The position numbers and the translations under genes were made by a program. From Azolla caroliniana (Eukaryota > Plantae > Polypodiophyta): DNA of 64,000 nt. Each line of letters opens with the position of its first letter. Positions within the stretch are counted from its first letter, which is position 1. Shown piece by piece: positions 34,923-48,275 of the stretch. Under the pieces are notes generated by a model. It was not told the DNA's origin. It did not search any database and saw nothing but the letters and a program-made list of their open reading frames with translations. Location of the stretch: NCBI GenBank assembly GCA_043228905.1, contig JBHGNT010000004.1:17856001-17920000 (forward strand), in the 5' to 3' direction.

Positions 34923-35222
34923 AACAATTATATATATCATTGTTACGTATCAATATGATTAACCCTACTAGGAATAAAAAATAGACTTTAACCTTAAGAA
35001 AAAAAGTTACTTATGGCAGTACCAAAGAAACGTACTTCTGGTTCGAAAAAAAAATTCCGTAATCGTGTGTGATTAATGGGAACAGTTATATATATCATTG
35101 TTACGTATCAATATGATTAACCCTACTAGGAATAAAAAATAGACTTTAACCTTAAGAAAAAAAGTTACCTATGGTAGTACCAAAGAAACGTACTTCTGGT
35201 TCAAAAAAAAATTCCGTAATCG
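34915..35222 (+). pseudogene. rpl32: Two tandem copies of the plastid rpl32 upstream region and first codons
   Basis: Units 34915-35065 and 35073-35222; ATG at 35013 gives MAVPKKRTSGSKKKFRN, with a second ATG at 35171. Confidence 0.85.
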
Positions 35223-38200
35223 CATGCCTTCGCAAGTGTTTTGACGATCGGACTATGTCCTCGTTCAATCTTCCCGTTGGCTTCCGGATTGTATGTCGTT
35301 GTCAGTGTTAACCGAACTCCATGTTTGGCGAAGAATCCCCTAGCTTTGTCAAAGTCAAGTTCTCCCCGATCCGCAATCACTTGTCCTACGCACCCGTACC
35401 TGCAAAACACCTCCTCCAAAGAAATTGGCATACCGTAGAACACGTTTTCCTTCGTAGTGCTCGACCTTCTACTTGGTTTGTGAGATCTTCCCGAGCTAAC
35501 ACCAAATGCTTCTTTTGTTCGATCCCGGTTGGCATGGCTACAATGTCGACCCTCCACTTGAAGTTGATTGTCGGTGAAAATGTCGGATGTAATTCATCTC
35601 GGTGTCGAACCCCGGAGTAGACTTGACACTTCTCGCAACTTCCCGTGAACTCCGCTACATCTTTGTACATATTCTTCCACCAATATTTTTGTTTGATTTT
35701 CACAAAAGTTTCCCATGTTCCTCGATGTCCAGCCCAATCGGATTCATGAAAGTCGGATATTATCCGGTTTCATTGCTCTTTCGTCCCGACTACCCGAAGT
35801 GGTATGCCATCCGGTCTTTTCGGCTCCCTCCATATTAATCCATTTTTCAAGAAGAACTTTCGGACTTGTCGCTTCTTACTTCGGATCTCGACTCTCTTTT
35901 CTTTATTGTGTTCGTTGACACCTTGATCTCTTGTAGCATATTCCCGATCGTCAAGCTTTCTCCCTCGTATTCTTCTTCTCGGAATTCTCGGATTACGTTT
36001 ACTCAGCATATGTGCTCCGAAGGAAAGTAGTCTTCAGAAACTTCTTCATTATCGGATTCGGCTATGTCGTCTCCGAACTGAGCCCTTGATAGCATATCTG
36101 CTACCGCGTTGTCTTTTCCGGAGATGTGTCGTACGTCTGGGTTAAGCGACTTAACATATGCAATCCATCTTAGCATAGCCACATCATCCCGAGTATCGGA
36201 ACACCACTTCATCTCGAGTATCGGAAGACAATCTGTTTCGATCACTACTTCGGCTCTGATAAAATAATCTCGATCCGATTTGATTGCCAACACGTCTCCC
36301 CATAATTCTCTTTTGACTTGTGCATACCCGCGTTGCCTTTCATTGAGAACCTTTGCTCCGAATTGGATCGGATATCGCGAACCATCCGGATCGGCTTGAT
36401 TGATGACCCATCCGATTCCGGTTGGAATTGTGTCAACCGTTACTATGATCGGTCGGTCATAGTTCGGCTTCTTTAGTGCTTTTGCCCTCCGAAATGATTT
36501 CTTGAGCTTCTTCACGGCTTTGGTATGCTCCGGTTTCCATTCAAACTTCTTACCCTTCCGTTACAAGTGATAGAGTGGGTCCGCAATATGTGCATAGTGC
36601 GGAATCCATATGTGGTAGAATGCACATGCTCCGAGAAACCTTCGGACTTCGGATTGTGACTCACATATTTCTTTCATAGCTTGAATCACATCGATCTTGG
36701 TTGGTGACGGTCTTCGGCCGTAGGGCCCACATAGATGTCCGACTACCAATATCTCTTCTTGCCCGAATGCCGATTTCTCCCCGGAAAGTGTTAGGTGCAG
36801 ATCTTCTAACTTTCGAAGCACTTTCTTGCAATCGCGAATATGGTCGACTATGAACTTTTAGCATCCTCGATCATCCATAGTTTCATCTTTTTCTTGTACC
36901 AGGCATCCTTTCATCGGATTGTCATCTAGGAATGGAATCGTTATCTCCGGGATGCAATCTCAAAGCACCTTGTTCATCGCGTTCATCATATGTGCAACCG
37001 ATGTGTCGCTCCTTGTGGTAGTGTGCACATTCGGACTAACCCTATCGGTGTCCGCATGGTGGTGATGTCTCGGCTCTCCACGGCTAGTTGGAATTGGTCA
37101 TACCTGGCCGGAGTATAGGTCTCCGATGGAGTATATCGCGCATCCGGCAAAAGCTTGCCGACCGTAACTTATCCTCCGGTTTTCGGTATTCTTTCTTCAT
37201 TCCTCCGGTTACTGCCGTGTACGTGGATGCCCCATCCCGACCAATTCGTACTTGTTTTGCTCCGAGAGTTTTCTTCCTGTATCGGGTATCAAGGCTTCTC
37301 GGACTATCACTTCCCCACTCCGCAACAATCTGCTCTCTCTTGTTCCTTTCATGATTTCCCGACACCGTTAGGAATTGGATGGATTTCCCTCCGTTTTGGC
37401 TCCGAATTCGTGCAAAAGCCGCACCGCTATCGAGCACCTTCGTCTCCATCTGTGAAGCTGTGATAAAGGGTTGCCTGAGGATCATGGAGTGTGAGATCTC
37501 ATCTTGTACGAAGAAATTTTGGTTGCCTGAGGATCTCAACATCCCTGATCTTCACTGTCACATCCGGACAAACCACAAATAGATCTTCTGTTGCTTTAGT
37601 GGCCGCCCGGATCTTCCATCCATGATTGGTGTTAATAGGCCACTTCCCCTTCCAGTAGAACTCCTTAGACATCAAATTGATCTCCAATCCGTGATCAATC
37701 AATGCTAGCAGGGGCTCTTTGATATTGCCGATTCGGACCAGAGTCTCGGTAGTTGTACATGCCTAGTGTGGCTTTGTATAGTGGGAATTCGGAATCTCGT
37801 CCTCCACTTCGGTGTCATTCATCAGAATGGTATTTTCATTCACCATCGGCGCATTTTCCTCCATAGTTTGTCTTTTTCTTTTCACGAGATCCACAAGAAG
37901 ATCATGGAACTCCTTTTTTGCTATTCCGAGTAGTTCCCAAAGCGAAAAATCTACCCGGCTGTCGAGGATTCTCTCCTCGAACACTTTCTGTATGTCCGTC
38001 AGTTGCTCGATGTCTGAAGCGAGTTTGAATGTCGGAATCATTTTTCCTTTCCCTCTTCCGTCGGAGTTCCAGCTCTCTGGTGTCTTCGATGTTCTGGCTG
38101 CATCCTCCGTGCGTTGTCGCTTCTCGTCCACATACACCTCATGTAATTGACATAGGGCATATACACTATTCTTATTGACAGGGCACTCCCACCCGTAGCT

Positions 38201-39355
38201 TCCCGAATGCCTTCCGCGGTGCTTTGGATCTCTTTGGAGTCGGTTTTCTCGGTGTTTTCTAGCACTTCCAGCCAATAAGACACCTTTACTCCCGATGACT
38301 CCCCGACATGTATTCCCGCGGCTGTCGTGTAACTGCTCTTCGCCGCTATTTCCTCCTCTAGGACCTTCTTCATGCCGCCTTTTCGGAAGTTCAGTCGGAG
38401 CGGCTTCCGAGAGTCCATCGAATGAATCTGATTTCCCTCGTAGTAGATAAGATCCCGTCATAGCGCTTCCTTGTGCTCGTCGCAATCCCTCCGATCATGT
38501 TCGGTGCTATCGCACCATATGCACCGACGGTCCATATACTTGGAATTTGTGGGAGGTTCATCTGACTTCTTCACCATCGCGAATTTTAGATTCTCCATCT
38601 CCTTCAGCAACTGCTCCACCGTAGTGGCATCGATTCCCTTCTCGGTCGTAGCTTCCCGAGCCCGCGGTTGATGGTCTTCCGATCCGGATCTCGGTTCCGA
38701 AACCCTCTTTTCTTCATTGGCAAGCCATTGCCCCCTCTTTGTGTATCGCGCGACGATATCCCACACACTTTTCCATGTTTCAATGAGGCCACTCTTGGTA
38801 GTCGTGTCCTCTAGAAGCACTCCAAGATCCTTCCGGTCCCAAACGTCTACGGCTCGTAAGAACATGATAACTTTGTCCAGTGCAAGGATAGCTTGATCTC
38901 TCGCAGACAACCTCCCGAATTGACTTTCGAATGCCGAAAACACATCGAGAACCTTCATCCCCTTGTCCGGTGTTTCCACCCAATCCTCGAATCCTCTCCG
39001 CGTTGCCTTGGAGGAGTCCTCAATAGCGAACGTGGTCTTTAGCGTCTCTTCAAACGCTTCCCACATCGGATTTTGTTGTCATAGCCCGTGGATACTTGCT
39101 TGAAGCCCGTCGGTAGCCACCCGGTTGAAGGATGTCACTTGCAGTCCTACCGAAATCCCGCACCATAGCATTTCCACCTTGTAGTCCCGAAGATAGCGTG
39201 ATACATCCTTTCCGTTGAATTGCCCGATCCATTGCACGAGCCACTCTACTGCTGCCGCTATCTCCGACATCACATGTTGTTCTTGAAGCATCCGCTCAAA
39301 CATCATCACCATGTTGTTAGCCTCCGGTTGATTTTCCATCTCCTTGCCACCCGTG

Positions 39356-39373
39356 TTCACGTCGGGTTCACCA
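39356..39373 (-). promoter_or_regulatory. PBS of element H, complementary to tRNA-Trp
   Basis: TGGTGAACCCGACGTGAA, 4 nt from the LTR end. Confidence 0.85.
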
Positions 39374-41363
39374 CTTGTGTTGTGCCTTTCGGCTCCGGAT
39401 CGTTGCGTGAGTCGGGTGGGAACCACTGATGTTTTGGACTAGGAGAAAGAAGAATACAATATAAGGCTAGTTATGGATAGGTAGAAAGAGTAGTAAGAAA
39501 TAAAACTTGTGAATCCCACGTTTTTAGTGTATTTAATCAATATTTAGATTGTAAGAAAGAGTTTTTTTATGATAAACTCGTGAATCCCAAGAATATATTA
39601 GATTGATCAATCCTTGTAAAAAAATAAAAAACCTTATACATATTTCTCTCCTCCTCGTATAAGGATGGGAGAGGCTAAGCATGGCTTCCTGCTTTCCCTA
39701 AAAGTGTTCATGCACACTAGATGTGCATGAGTAATATTTTATTGGTTTACATTTTTCTTATAAATAAAGTATTCACGTACTCTAAAAATGCATGACTTAC
39801 CTTTTTAATAAAGGTAGGCATAAGTAAAGGTCTTATAGGTATTAAATCTATATTTAAAACACTAAGGATAAGTTAGTATAATGGCAAGGTTGAGGTTTGT
39901 CTACATGGAGGTATAGGGTTTGAATCTTGCTTTATGCACGTAATAAATATTTTTTTTAATATTTTTATTTATTTATTATACGTACTTTAAATCGGATATA
40001 GTATTTTACATATTTCACGTAGTGTGTGATTCACACTACGACAACGCAGTGGTCGGCCCACGTCTTGTGGTATCCTTGGTCATCCATGAAGTATTCGAAC
40101 TTCCGGTACCACTACCGGGGAGCCTGCTTCAATTCATACAGACTCTTCTTCAACCGGCATACAAAGTGCTCCTTTCCTTTTTTGACGAAAACTTCCGGTT
40201 GCTGCATGTATATCTCCTCTTCAAGATCACCATGCAAAAACGACGTCTTGACATCCAGTTGTTCGACTTCAAGGTCCTTGTTGGCTGCTATGCTTAGCAC
40301 CGTTTGGATGGATGTCACCTTCACTACCGGGCCAAATATTTTGTCGAAATCGACACCTTGCTTTTGCTGAAAGCCCTTTACGACAATTCATGCTTTGTAT
40401 CTGGGTGGATTCCCTCCATCTCCCGGTTGACCCACTAACCTCTTTCCTTTCGGCAACTCGGTCAATTCGTATATGTGGTTCTCATGCAAGAAATCCATCT
40501 CCTCTTGCATGGCTCATAACCACTCTCGGTTGTGGGTATCGTTCTTTGCTTCCTCGAAGCTCTCTAGCTCCCCCTCATTAGTTAGCAGCACATACTCTTT
40601 ATCCGGAAATATCTGGGGGGTTCTTTTCTCTCTTAAAGGGTATCATCTTCCTCCATTCAACGCAGTCGCCTGTTCGACTTCTTCGATCGGCTCTTCATCC
40701 GAGTAGGATTCGGATCCATGTTCAGACGACTGTCTTCTTCTATTTGGTTCCCCTTGTTCCTCAGTAGGCTCTTGACTTTGTCGATTATCTATTTGGCCAA
40801 CTCCTAACTGACCTCCGACCGACCCAACTCCCGGTCCAAATTCGGCCGACTCCCCTTGTTCTTCAGTTGGGGTTTGATTTCCGACTGGTCGGGAGGATGT
40901 GTCTGACTTCTCCTTCTCCCAGTCAATGATTGTCTTTTCTTCCATAAAGACAATGTCCCATCTTCGAATCACTTTCTTCTCGGCTAAGTTCCATAGCCGA
41001 TAGCTGAATTCGTCGTCACCTTAGTTGAGAAATATGCATGGTCACTATAGCCAAGAAATATGCCTTAGCAATATGCAAATAGGCAAGACAATCGAACACC
41101 CTTAGATGTCGATATGAGACATCCTTGCTGGTCCACACCCTTTGTAGAATATCTCCATCCAAGGGTGTCGAGGGTGATTTGTTTATCACATACACTACTG
41201 TCATCAACGCCTCAGTCCACAATGTCTTGGACAACTTGGCAGGTGCTAACATACTTTCGACCCTCTCGATGATGGTCTAATTCATCCTCTCGGCCAGCCC
41301 ATTGAGTTCTGGCGTCTTCGGCATGGTATACTTGAGTCAGAGTCCCTTTGACCAATAATATTC

Positions 41364-42277
41364 TTCGAACAATCCTTAGTATTCAATTCCGTTATCCTCT
41401 CGAACTACTTTCAATTTCTGGCCGGTTTCCCTCTCGACTCTCATTTGGAGCTGCTTGAAGACCGACAACACTTGGTCCTTGGTCTTCAATACGGAAGCCC
41501 ACAACATCCGACTACAGTCATCAGTGAAGGTCACAAAATATTGTGAACCAGCATGTGACTTAGTGTCTATGTGGCATACGTCGGTATGCACGAGTTCCAA
41601 CGACATTCTCTTCCTTGTCAGGGGCATAGTTCGGAAGGAGGTTATGTTCTACTTGCTAACCAAGTAATCAATGAACTTCTCAAGTTGCATGTTCTTCACC
41701 TCCGGAATGAGATTATCATCGGCAAGTCTTTGCATCCCCTTCTCACTCATGTAACACAACCTCTTGTGCCATAGATCACCGACTATGTCAGCTACCACAT
41801 TCACTTCTTCTCGACAATATTGTTCGAACGGTCCTTAGTATTCAACTCTATTATGCGCTCGAATTGCTTTCAATTTCCGGCCGGCCTCCCTCTCGACTCT
41901 CACTTGGAACTCCTTGAAGACTGGCAACACCTGGTCCTTGGTCTTCAATACGGAAGCCCACAACTTCTAAGTATAGTCATTAGTGAAGGTCACAAAATAT
42001 TGTGAACCGGCATGTGAATTAGTGTCTACGTGGCATATGTCGGTATGCACGAGTTCCAACGACATTCTCTTCCTTATTGGGGGCATAGTTCGGAAGGAGG
42101 TTCTGTTCTACTTGCTAACCAAGTAATCAATGAACTTCTCAAGTTGCATGTTCTTCACCTCCGGAATGAGATTATCATCGGCAAGTCTTTGCATCCCCTT
42201 CTCACTCATGTGACACAACCTCTTGTGCCACAGATCACCGGTTGTGTCGTCTACCACATTCACTTCTTCCCAACATA
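41364..42277 (-). repeat. Diverged tandem duplication (about 460 bp) of the copia G integrase N-terminal region
   Basis: 41364-41820 and 41823-42277 both encode LWHKRLCHMSEKG...LELVHTD...DNGIEY with scattered substitutions. Confidence 0.85.
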
Positions 42278-45200
42278 TTTGAGCATGCATTAGGTACAGT
42301 GTGTTGGTCTTCTAGGCTCTGGCCACAATCAAGCTCCCTTTATAGAACTTTAGGATGCCATTCCGGATGCTACCCGTGTAATCTTCATCATCCAACCGAT
42401 CGACTGATATCAGATTCAATCTTAATTCCAGAACATATCGGAGATCCTTCAACACTAATCGGCACCCGGTCAAGGTTACCAAACACACTTCTCCTTTGCC
42501 AACAATTTGGCATCCTCCTTAATTCCCCATCTTCACAAAGTTGTGGTCTCCAGCTCTATATGATGAGAAGCACTTCCGGCTAGCGGTTAGGTGAAACGAC
42601 GCTCTGGAGTCAACCACCCATGTCGATTCATCGCCGCCAAGATTCACTTCGTTCTGCTCACTTATCGACAACAACTCCTCCTCACTTGTCATGATTGTCA
42701 AGGTGTTCTTGTTGTCCGGAATCTTCTTCAACTAAACATCGTTGGCTCCCCCCTTATCCTTCCAGTAGTGTCGACAATTTTTCTTGAAGTGCCCTGGCTT
42801 CCCACAGTAAAAGCATGTGGGCCTTTCCCTTTACTTTGATCTAGTCCCCAACTTTTCCCAGTTCTGGGGACTTCTGTTCTAGCCTCTTCCCCAATTCATG
42901 TCACCTTCCGTGACTAAGACCTTTGGGTCGGAAATTGCCTCTCTGTGCTTCTGACGAGCTTCTCATTCAGCAACCTCAACTTCATCGTCTCCAAGGATAA
43001 GTGTTTCCCTCCAGTCTGGCATTAACTGGTGTGACAACAAGTGTCTTCGAACTGCACGGAAGGGATCCCAACAATATTAATGCTAGCACCTCGTCGGATA
43101 GAGGTACTTCCAAAGCGGTGGTTTGGTTTATCAGCTCTTGGAAGGCATTTAGATGCTCCACCATGTTGGTGCCATCTTGATACCGGAATGTCACTATTAT
43201 CCGGAACATTGAGAATCTGTTGACAACATTTTTCTTCTCGAACATAATGTCGATCTTCTCCCAGAGAACATCTGCCTTGTTCTTATCATTGAAGTTGTTG
43301 TATAAAGTCATGTCTATAAAACATCTGTTGTATGATGCCGCCTTCAAATACATGACTTCCCAAGTCAATGCATCAATCTTGTCAAGCTGGGTGTTGACGT
43401 ATTGCACCGACAACCATAAATCTTTGCACACCAACATGTCCCTCATCTTCGACTTCCACACTGAATAGTTGGAGCCGATAAGTTTGAGCATGCCTCCAAA
43501 TGAGTCTTCCATCACTCTTATACCAGTTTGTTGGGATCAAAGCCGGCCACAACCGGTTAACACACTAGCGTATGCAGGAGCAAAGATTGAAACTGACAGA
43601 AAACAGAAAAAACACAAATACAGAGACAAGGTACTTTAACGTGGAAACCCCTAATTGGGAAAAACCACGGGGGTTCACAAACCCCAAATTGTTCATTATA
43701 TGCGAGGAATAACAAAGAACTGTCAAGCAACAACCTCGAGCTTGTCTTATTCACCTGAAGGCGGGTACAACAGAGATGTAGCAACACACACACACTCTCT
43801 CTCTATCTATGTATCTATGTATCTATGTATCTATGTATCTATCTCTCACAACGACACACGCTATATAGTTACTCACAATGAACAACAACTCATAATTTTT
43901 TGCCCTAGTTATATTTATAGTTATATAACTTTGGTTCAATTTACAAATTTGGCCCATGTTGGCGCAACAAAAACATATTTACATATGTATCCTTTCCGGA
44001 TGCCTCTCCGGACTCGATCTAGACATCGATCCGTATCCGGATCTGGGTCCGGTCTTTCTTCTCCTTCGGATCCAACTGATCTAGCTCATGTTCTTCTTCC
44101 CATCCAGAGGGACCTTGTTTCCCAACAAAGATTAATGGGGAGCGGGGTTGAAGCAGATTTGGCCGAGTAAATGTTGAAGCACTCCAAGACACGTTTGATG
44201 TAGTCAGCTTGAGACAAAAAACAATTGGCGTTGATTCTAGAGTCGACAGATCTTCATTCCGAGTATGTGTCAAGCAGGACCTAGGTCCTTCATTGCAAAC
44301 TTCAACTGCAGTTGCCGAACAAGATCACAAGATCACAAGCTTGTTGGCATGCTGACTAAAGAGTAGCATGTCATCCACGTATAAGATGACGAAGATGGGA
44401 GACCAATCTTGAGTTTTTTCATGAAGAGGCAGTGGTCCTCATCGCTCTTTGAGAAGCTAACCGATTGGATAAAATCATCCAACATCTTATACCACTATCA
44501 GGGTGCCTGCTTTAAACCATAAAGACTCTTCATGAGTCGATAGACTAGATGCTCTTGGCCAGCTATAATGAAGCCTTCCGGTTGCTCCATATAAATTTCC
44601 TCCTCTAGGTCGCCACGGAGGAAAGCCATCTTCACATCTAACTGTATAAGCTCCAAATCCTCGGTTGCCACTATGCCGAGTAGGAATCGAAGAATGGTCA
44701 TTTTCACCACTGTTGAAAAAATCTCGTTGAAGTCGACGCCATGTTGCTGTCAGAAACTCTTCGTGACTAATCTGGCCTCATACTTGGGGCAGGTAGAATC
44801 TGACGTCTCTTTGAGTCGATAGACCCATTTGCACAGAAGAGCACGTCAGTTGTTTCGTAGTTCGACTAAGTCCCATGTTTTATTAAGCTAGATCAAGTTA
44901 CTCTCTGACTCCATCGCTAAGTGCCAGGTGGCCAAATCGGCGCATGCCGATGCTTCTTCGTATGACGTCGGTTCGCCGACTTCCATGAAGAAGATTCTGG
45001 GAGAGTATCTCACTGGGGGCTGAAACATTTGTTTAGATCATAGTGGGACGACTCGACCCACCCAATCATCACTGATGATCATCTCTTGAGTGGCCGATCC
45101 ACTCTGTGGATCACTACTTAGGCTGCTCTCTGAGTTAAGTTAGTCCCGTGGAGGCAGCTTGCCTTGTTGCCACTCTAGTGTCTTGTGTTGGGCCGTCTAG

Positions 45201-45550
45201 AGGAGTCAAGGCATTCGAAATAGTGACTCATCTGACTTCAATTGGCCTTTCAGCCGGCTTGTGCATTTCCGACTCATTTAAAACGAATTGTCTGTTTTTG
45301 GCATCCCAAAGTTTGTAACCGAATTCTCCTTCTAATCCATCACCAAGGAAAATACATTTCCAGGATCATGGCACAATTTTTCAGCGATCATCCTTAGGCA
45401 CAAGTGTGAATGCTTCACAACCAAAAATCCGTAGCTTCTCATAATCTCTAGCTGGTCCAAAGCTCCTATAGGATTTTAAGTCCTAGAGCCTGTTAGGAAA
45501 CAGGTCCCTCCATATGGGAAGTGAGAAGAACAATGTTGATGAGCAACTCG

Positions 45551-46150
45551 GATGTGGAGTACCCGGCAACGGAAGACCCTGTGAGAACTGGATGTGGACT
45601 ACCCGGCAACGGAAGACCCTGTGAGAACCGGATGTGGCGTAGCCCGCAACGGAAGACCCGGTGAGAACCGGATGTGGCATACCCAGCAACGAAACACCCG
45701 ATGAGAACCGGATGTGGCGTACCCGGCAACAGAAGACCTGGTGAGAACCGGATGTGGCGTACCCGGCAACAGAAGACCTGGTGAGAACTGGATGTGGCGT
45801 ACCCGGCAACGAAAGACCCGGTGAGAACCGGATGTGGACTACTCAGCAACGGAAGACCTGATGAGAACCGGATGTGGAGTACCCGGCAACGGAAGGCCCG
45901 GTGAGAACCAGATGTGGACTACCCGGTAACAGAAGACCCGGTGAGAACCTGATGTGGCGTACCCCGCAATGGAAGACCCGGTGAGAACGAGATGTAGCGT
46001 ACCCGGCAACGAAAGACCCGGTGAGAACCGGATGTGGCGTACCCGGCAACGGAAGACCCGGTGAGAACCAGATGTGGCGTACCCGGCAACGGAAGACCTG
46101 GTGAGAACCGGATGTGGATTACCCGGCAACGGAAGACCTAGTGAGAACCG
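45551..46150 (+). repeat. 40-bp tandem repeat, 15 copies, in the 5' LTR (U3) of I
   Basis: Unit GATGTGGCGTACCCGGCAACGGAAGACCCGGTGAGAACCG, head-to-tail with no spacers. Confidence 0.95.
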
Positions 46151-48275
46151 GATGTTGCAGGCCCGGTGAGAACCTCTCATCGGATGGAAGGGACATATAT
46201 GTAAATATGTTCGAGAGAGCCCACTGGGGCTATATTTGTAAATAGCCCGAAAGTCATATTAGTATAAATATGATCTAGGGCAAACTAATGATGATGATGA
46301 TAGAGTTATTGGGGTAACCTCTGTACAGTGCGTAAGTAAGAGAGGTAGCGAGAGCGATATCCAGAGGTTGTTGCCTCTGTTGTAACCGCCCGGTGGCGAA
46401 GAGAGGGAGCAAGAGGTCGTTGCCTCTTTGCCCATTGTTGTATTACTTTACATAGTGAAATTTTGCAGTCTGAGGGCTATCGTGGTTTTTCCCATATTTG
46501 GGTTTTCCACGTTAACATCCTGTGCACTCTCTTCTTTACTGTTTTCGTGCGTAGATACATCTCTCCACATCCCTGTTGTCTGTGATTGATCCGACGTCTC
46601 GGTTGTGGCCGAGCATAGCTTAGGGAATTGTATTCCTGTCAAGTGGTATCAAAGCAAAATGACATAGAAAAATGGACGATTTGTTGGGAGGCATGTTCAA
46701 GCTCACCGGCTCCAACTATTCCGTGTGGAAGTCGAAGATGAGGGACATGCTGGTGGTTAAAGACCTTTGGTTGCTGGTTCAGTTCGGGGACAAGAGACCG
46801 GACCAAATTGATGTCACGATATGGGAGGTGATGCACATGAAGACAACAACGTACATACGGTGCTTCATTGACATGAGTCTATACAACAACTTCAATGAAG
46901 AGAGCAAGGCTCATGAGCTCTAGGAGAAGATCGGCGTTATGTTTCAGAACAAAAATGTTGTTAATTAGGTTTCGGTATTTCGGAAGCTAGTAAGACTCCG
47001 ATACCAAGATGGCTCCAACATTGCGGAGCACATGAATGCCTTCTAGGGGCTGATTCACCAGGCAACATCATTGGAAGTACCTCTCGCCGATGAGGTACTA
47101 GCACTACTCCTGCTCGATTCCCTCCCAGATATCTGGGAGACGTTGGTTGTCACTTTGGGCAACACCGGGCTGGAAGGGAAACGGTTATCCCTAGCAAGAG
47201 TCAAGTCGAGCTTGCTAGATGAAGAGGCGCGTCGGAAAGATAAGGATACGAGCTCCGACTCCAAAGCACTCCTTACCGAATCGGAACGCAAAAGACAAAG
47301 GAACCGTAGTCCCTAGAACCGGGAGAAGTCGGGGACACGGTCAAAGTCAAGGGGGAGGCCTACATGCTTCGATTGCAGTAAGCCGGGACACTTCCAGAAG
47401 AACTGGCGGCACTTCCGAAAAGATAAGGAAACCAACAGTACCGATTCGAAGCGGACACTGGACCGAAATGGTAAAGACCGGAGGGGCCCGGACCGGAAGG
47501 GAACGACGACAATTGCAGCAAGCGAAGAAGAGTTGATGCTCATCACCGAGGAGAGAGATTTGAACCTTCCCGGCGAAAAGACAACGTGGTTATTCATTCC
47601 GGAGCATCATTCCACCTTACCCCGAACCGTAAATACTTCTCATCCTACACAACCGATGATCACGGTTGTGTTCGGATGGGGAATGAAGGTACATGCCGAA
47701 TTGTCGGCATAGGAGACGTGTGGTTGACAACACCAACCGGATGCAACCTGCTGCTGAAGGATGTCCGACATGTTCCGAAGGTTCGACTGAACATGATATC
47801 AGCCGGTCGGCTAGATGATGAAGGCTACACCGGTAGCATCTGGAATGGAGTCATGAAATTCAGCAAACGGAGCCTGATAGGGGCTCGGGCCTGGAAGGTT
47901 AACACGTTGTACCTGATGAATGCACGGTTATGCCCGGAAGAAGTGAACGTGGCTTGCGACACTGCCGGTGAGTTGTGGCACAAGAGACTGTGTCATATGA
48001 GCGTGAAGGGGATGAAGAGGCTTGCCGATGACAACCTCATTCCAGTGAAGAATGTGCATCTTGAGAGGTGCACCGACTGCCTAGCCAGTAAGCAGAACCG
48101 GACCTCCTTCCAATCAAGGCCACCGATGACACGTAATGCACCATTGGAGTTGGTGTATACCGATGTGTGTCAAGTGGACATGAAGTCCCATGCCAGAGCA
48201 TAGTACTTTGTGACATTCATAGATGACCACAACCGGAAGTTGTGGGCCACACAATTCAAGAAGAAGGATCAGGTG

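Larger units (their letters stand above)
34058..40043 (-). mobile_element. Ty3/gypsy element H (tRNA-Trp-primed, probable 4-bp TSD), degenerate
   Basis: 5' LTR 39378-40043 and partial 3' LTR 34058-34477; TSD ACGA/ACGC; gag 38458-39300, PR about 37499-37710, RT 36561-37080, RH 36003-36515, IN 35223-35900. Confidence 0.9.
32448..44127 (-). mobile_element. Ty1/copia element G with an extra inverted LTR-end fragment
   Basis: LTRs 32523-33054 and 43529-44127; PBS TGGTATAAGAG near 43515-43525; PPT TGAAGGGGGAG near 33057-33067. TSD AAGAT at 32443-32447 and 44128-44132 encloses an inverted fragment at 32448-32520. Gag 42982-43515; pol remnants 33070-34057 and 40044-42900. Confidence 0.9.

Noticed and set aside
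43783-43845. Simple repeats (CA/CT/ATCTATGT here; GT near 13435, GA near 31310, GTT near 56200)
   Set aside because: These are ordinary microsatellites within LTRs or element UTRs.
45551-46150. CRISPR-like array
   Set aside because: The units are head-to-tail 40-mers without unique spacers, lie inside a copia LTR, recur in the partner LTR and have no cas genes nearby.
45483-46180. Repetitive ORFs (PGTPHPVLTGSSVAGYATSGSH)
   Set aside because: These are translation artefacts of the 40-bp tandem repeat.
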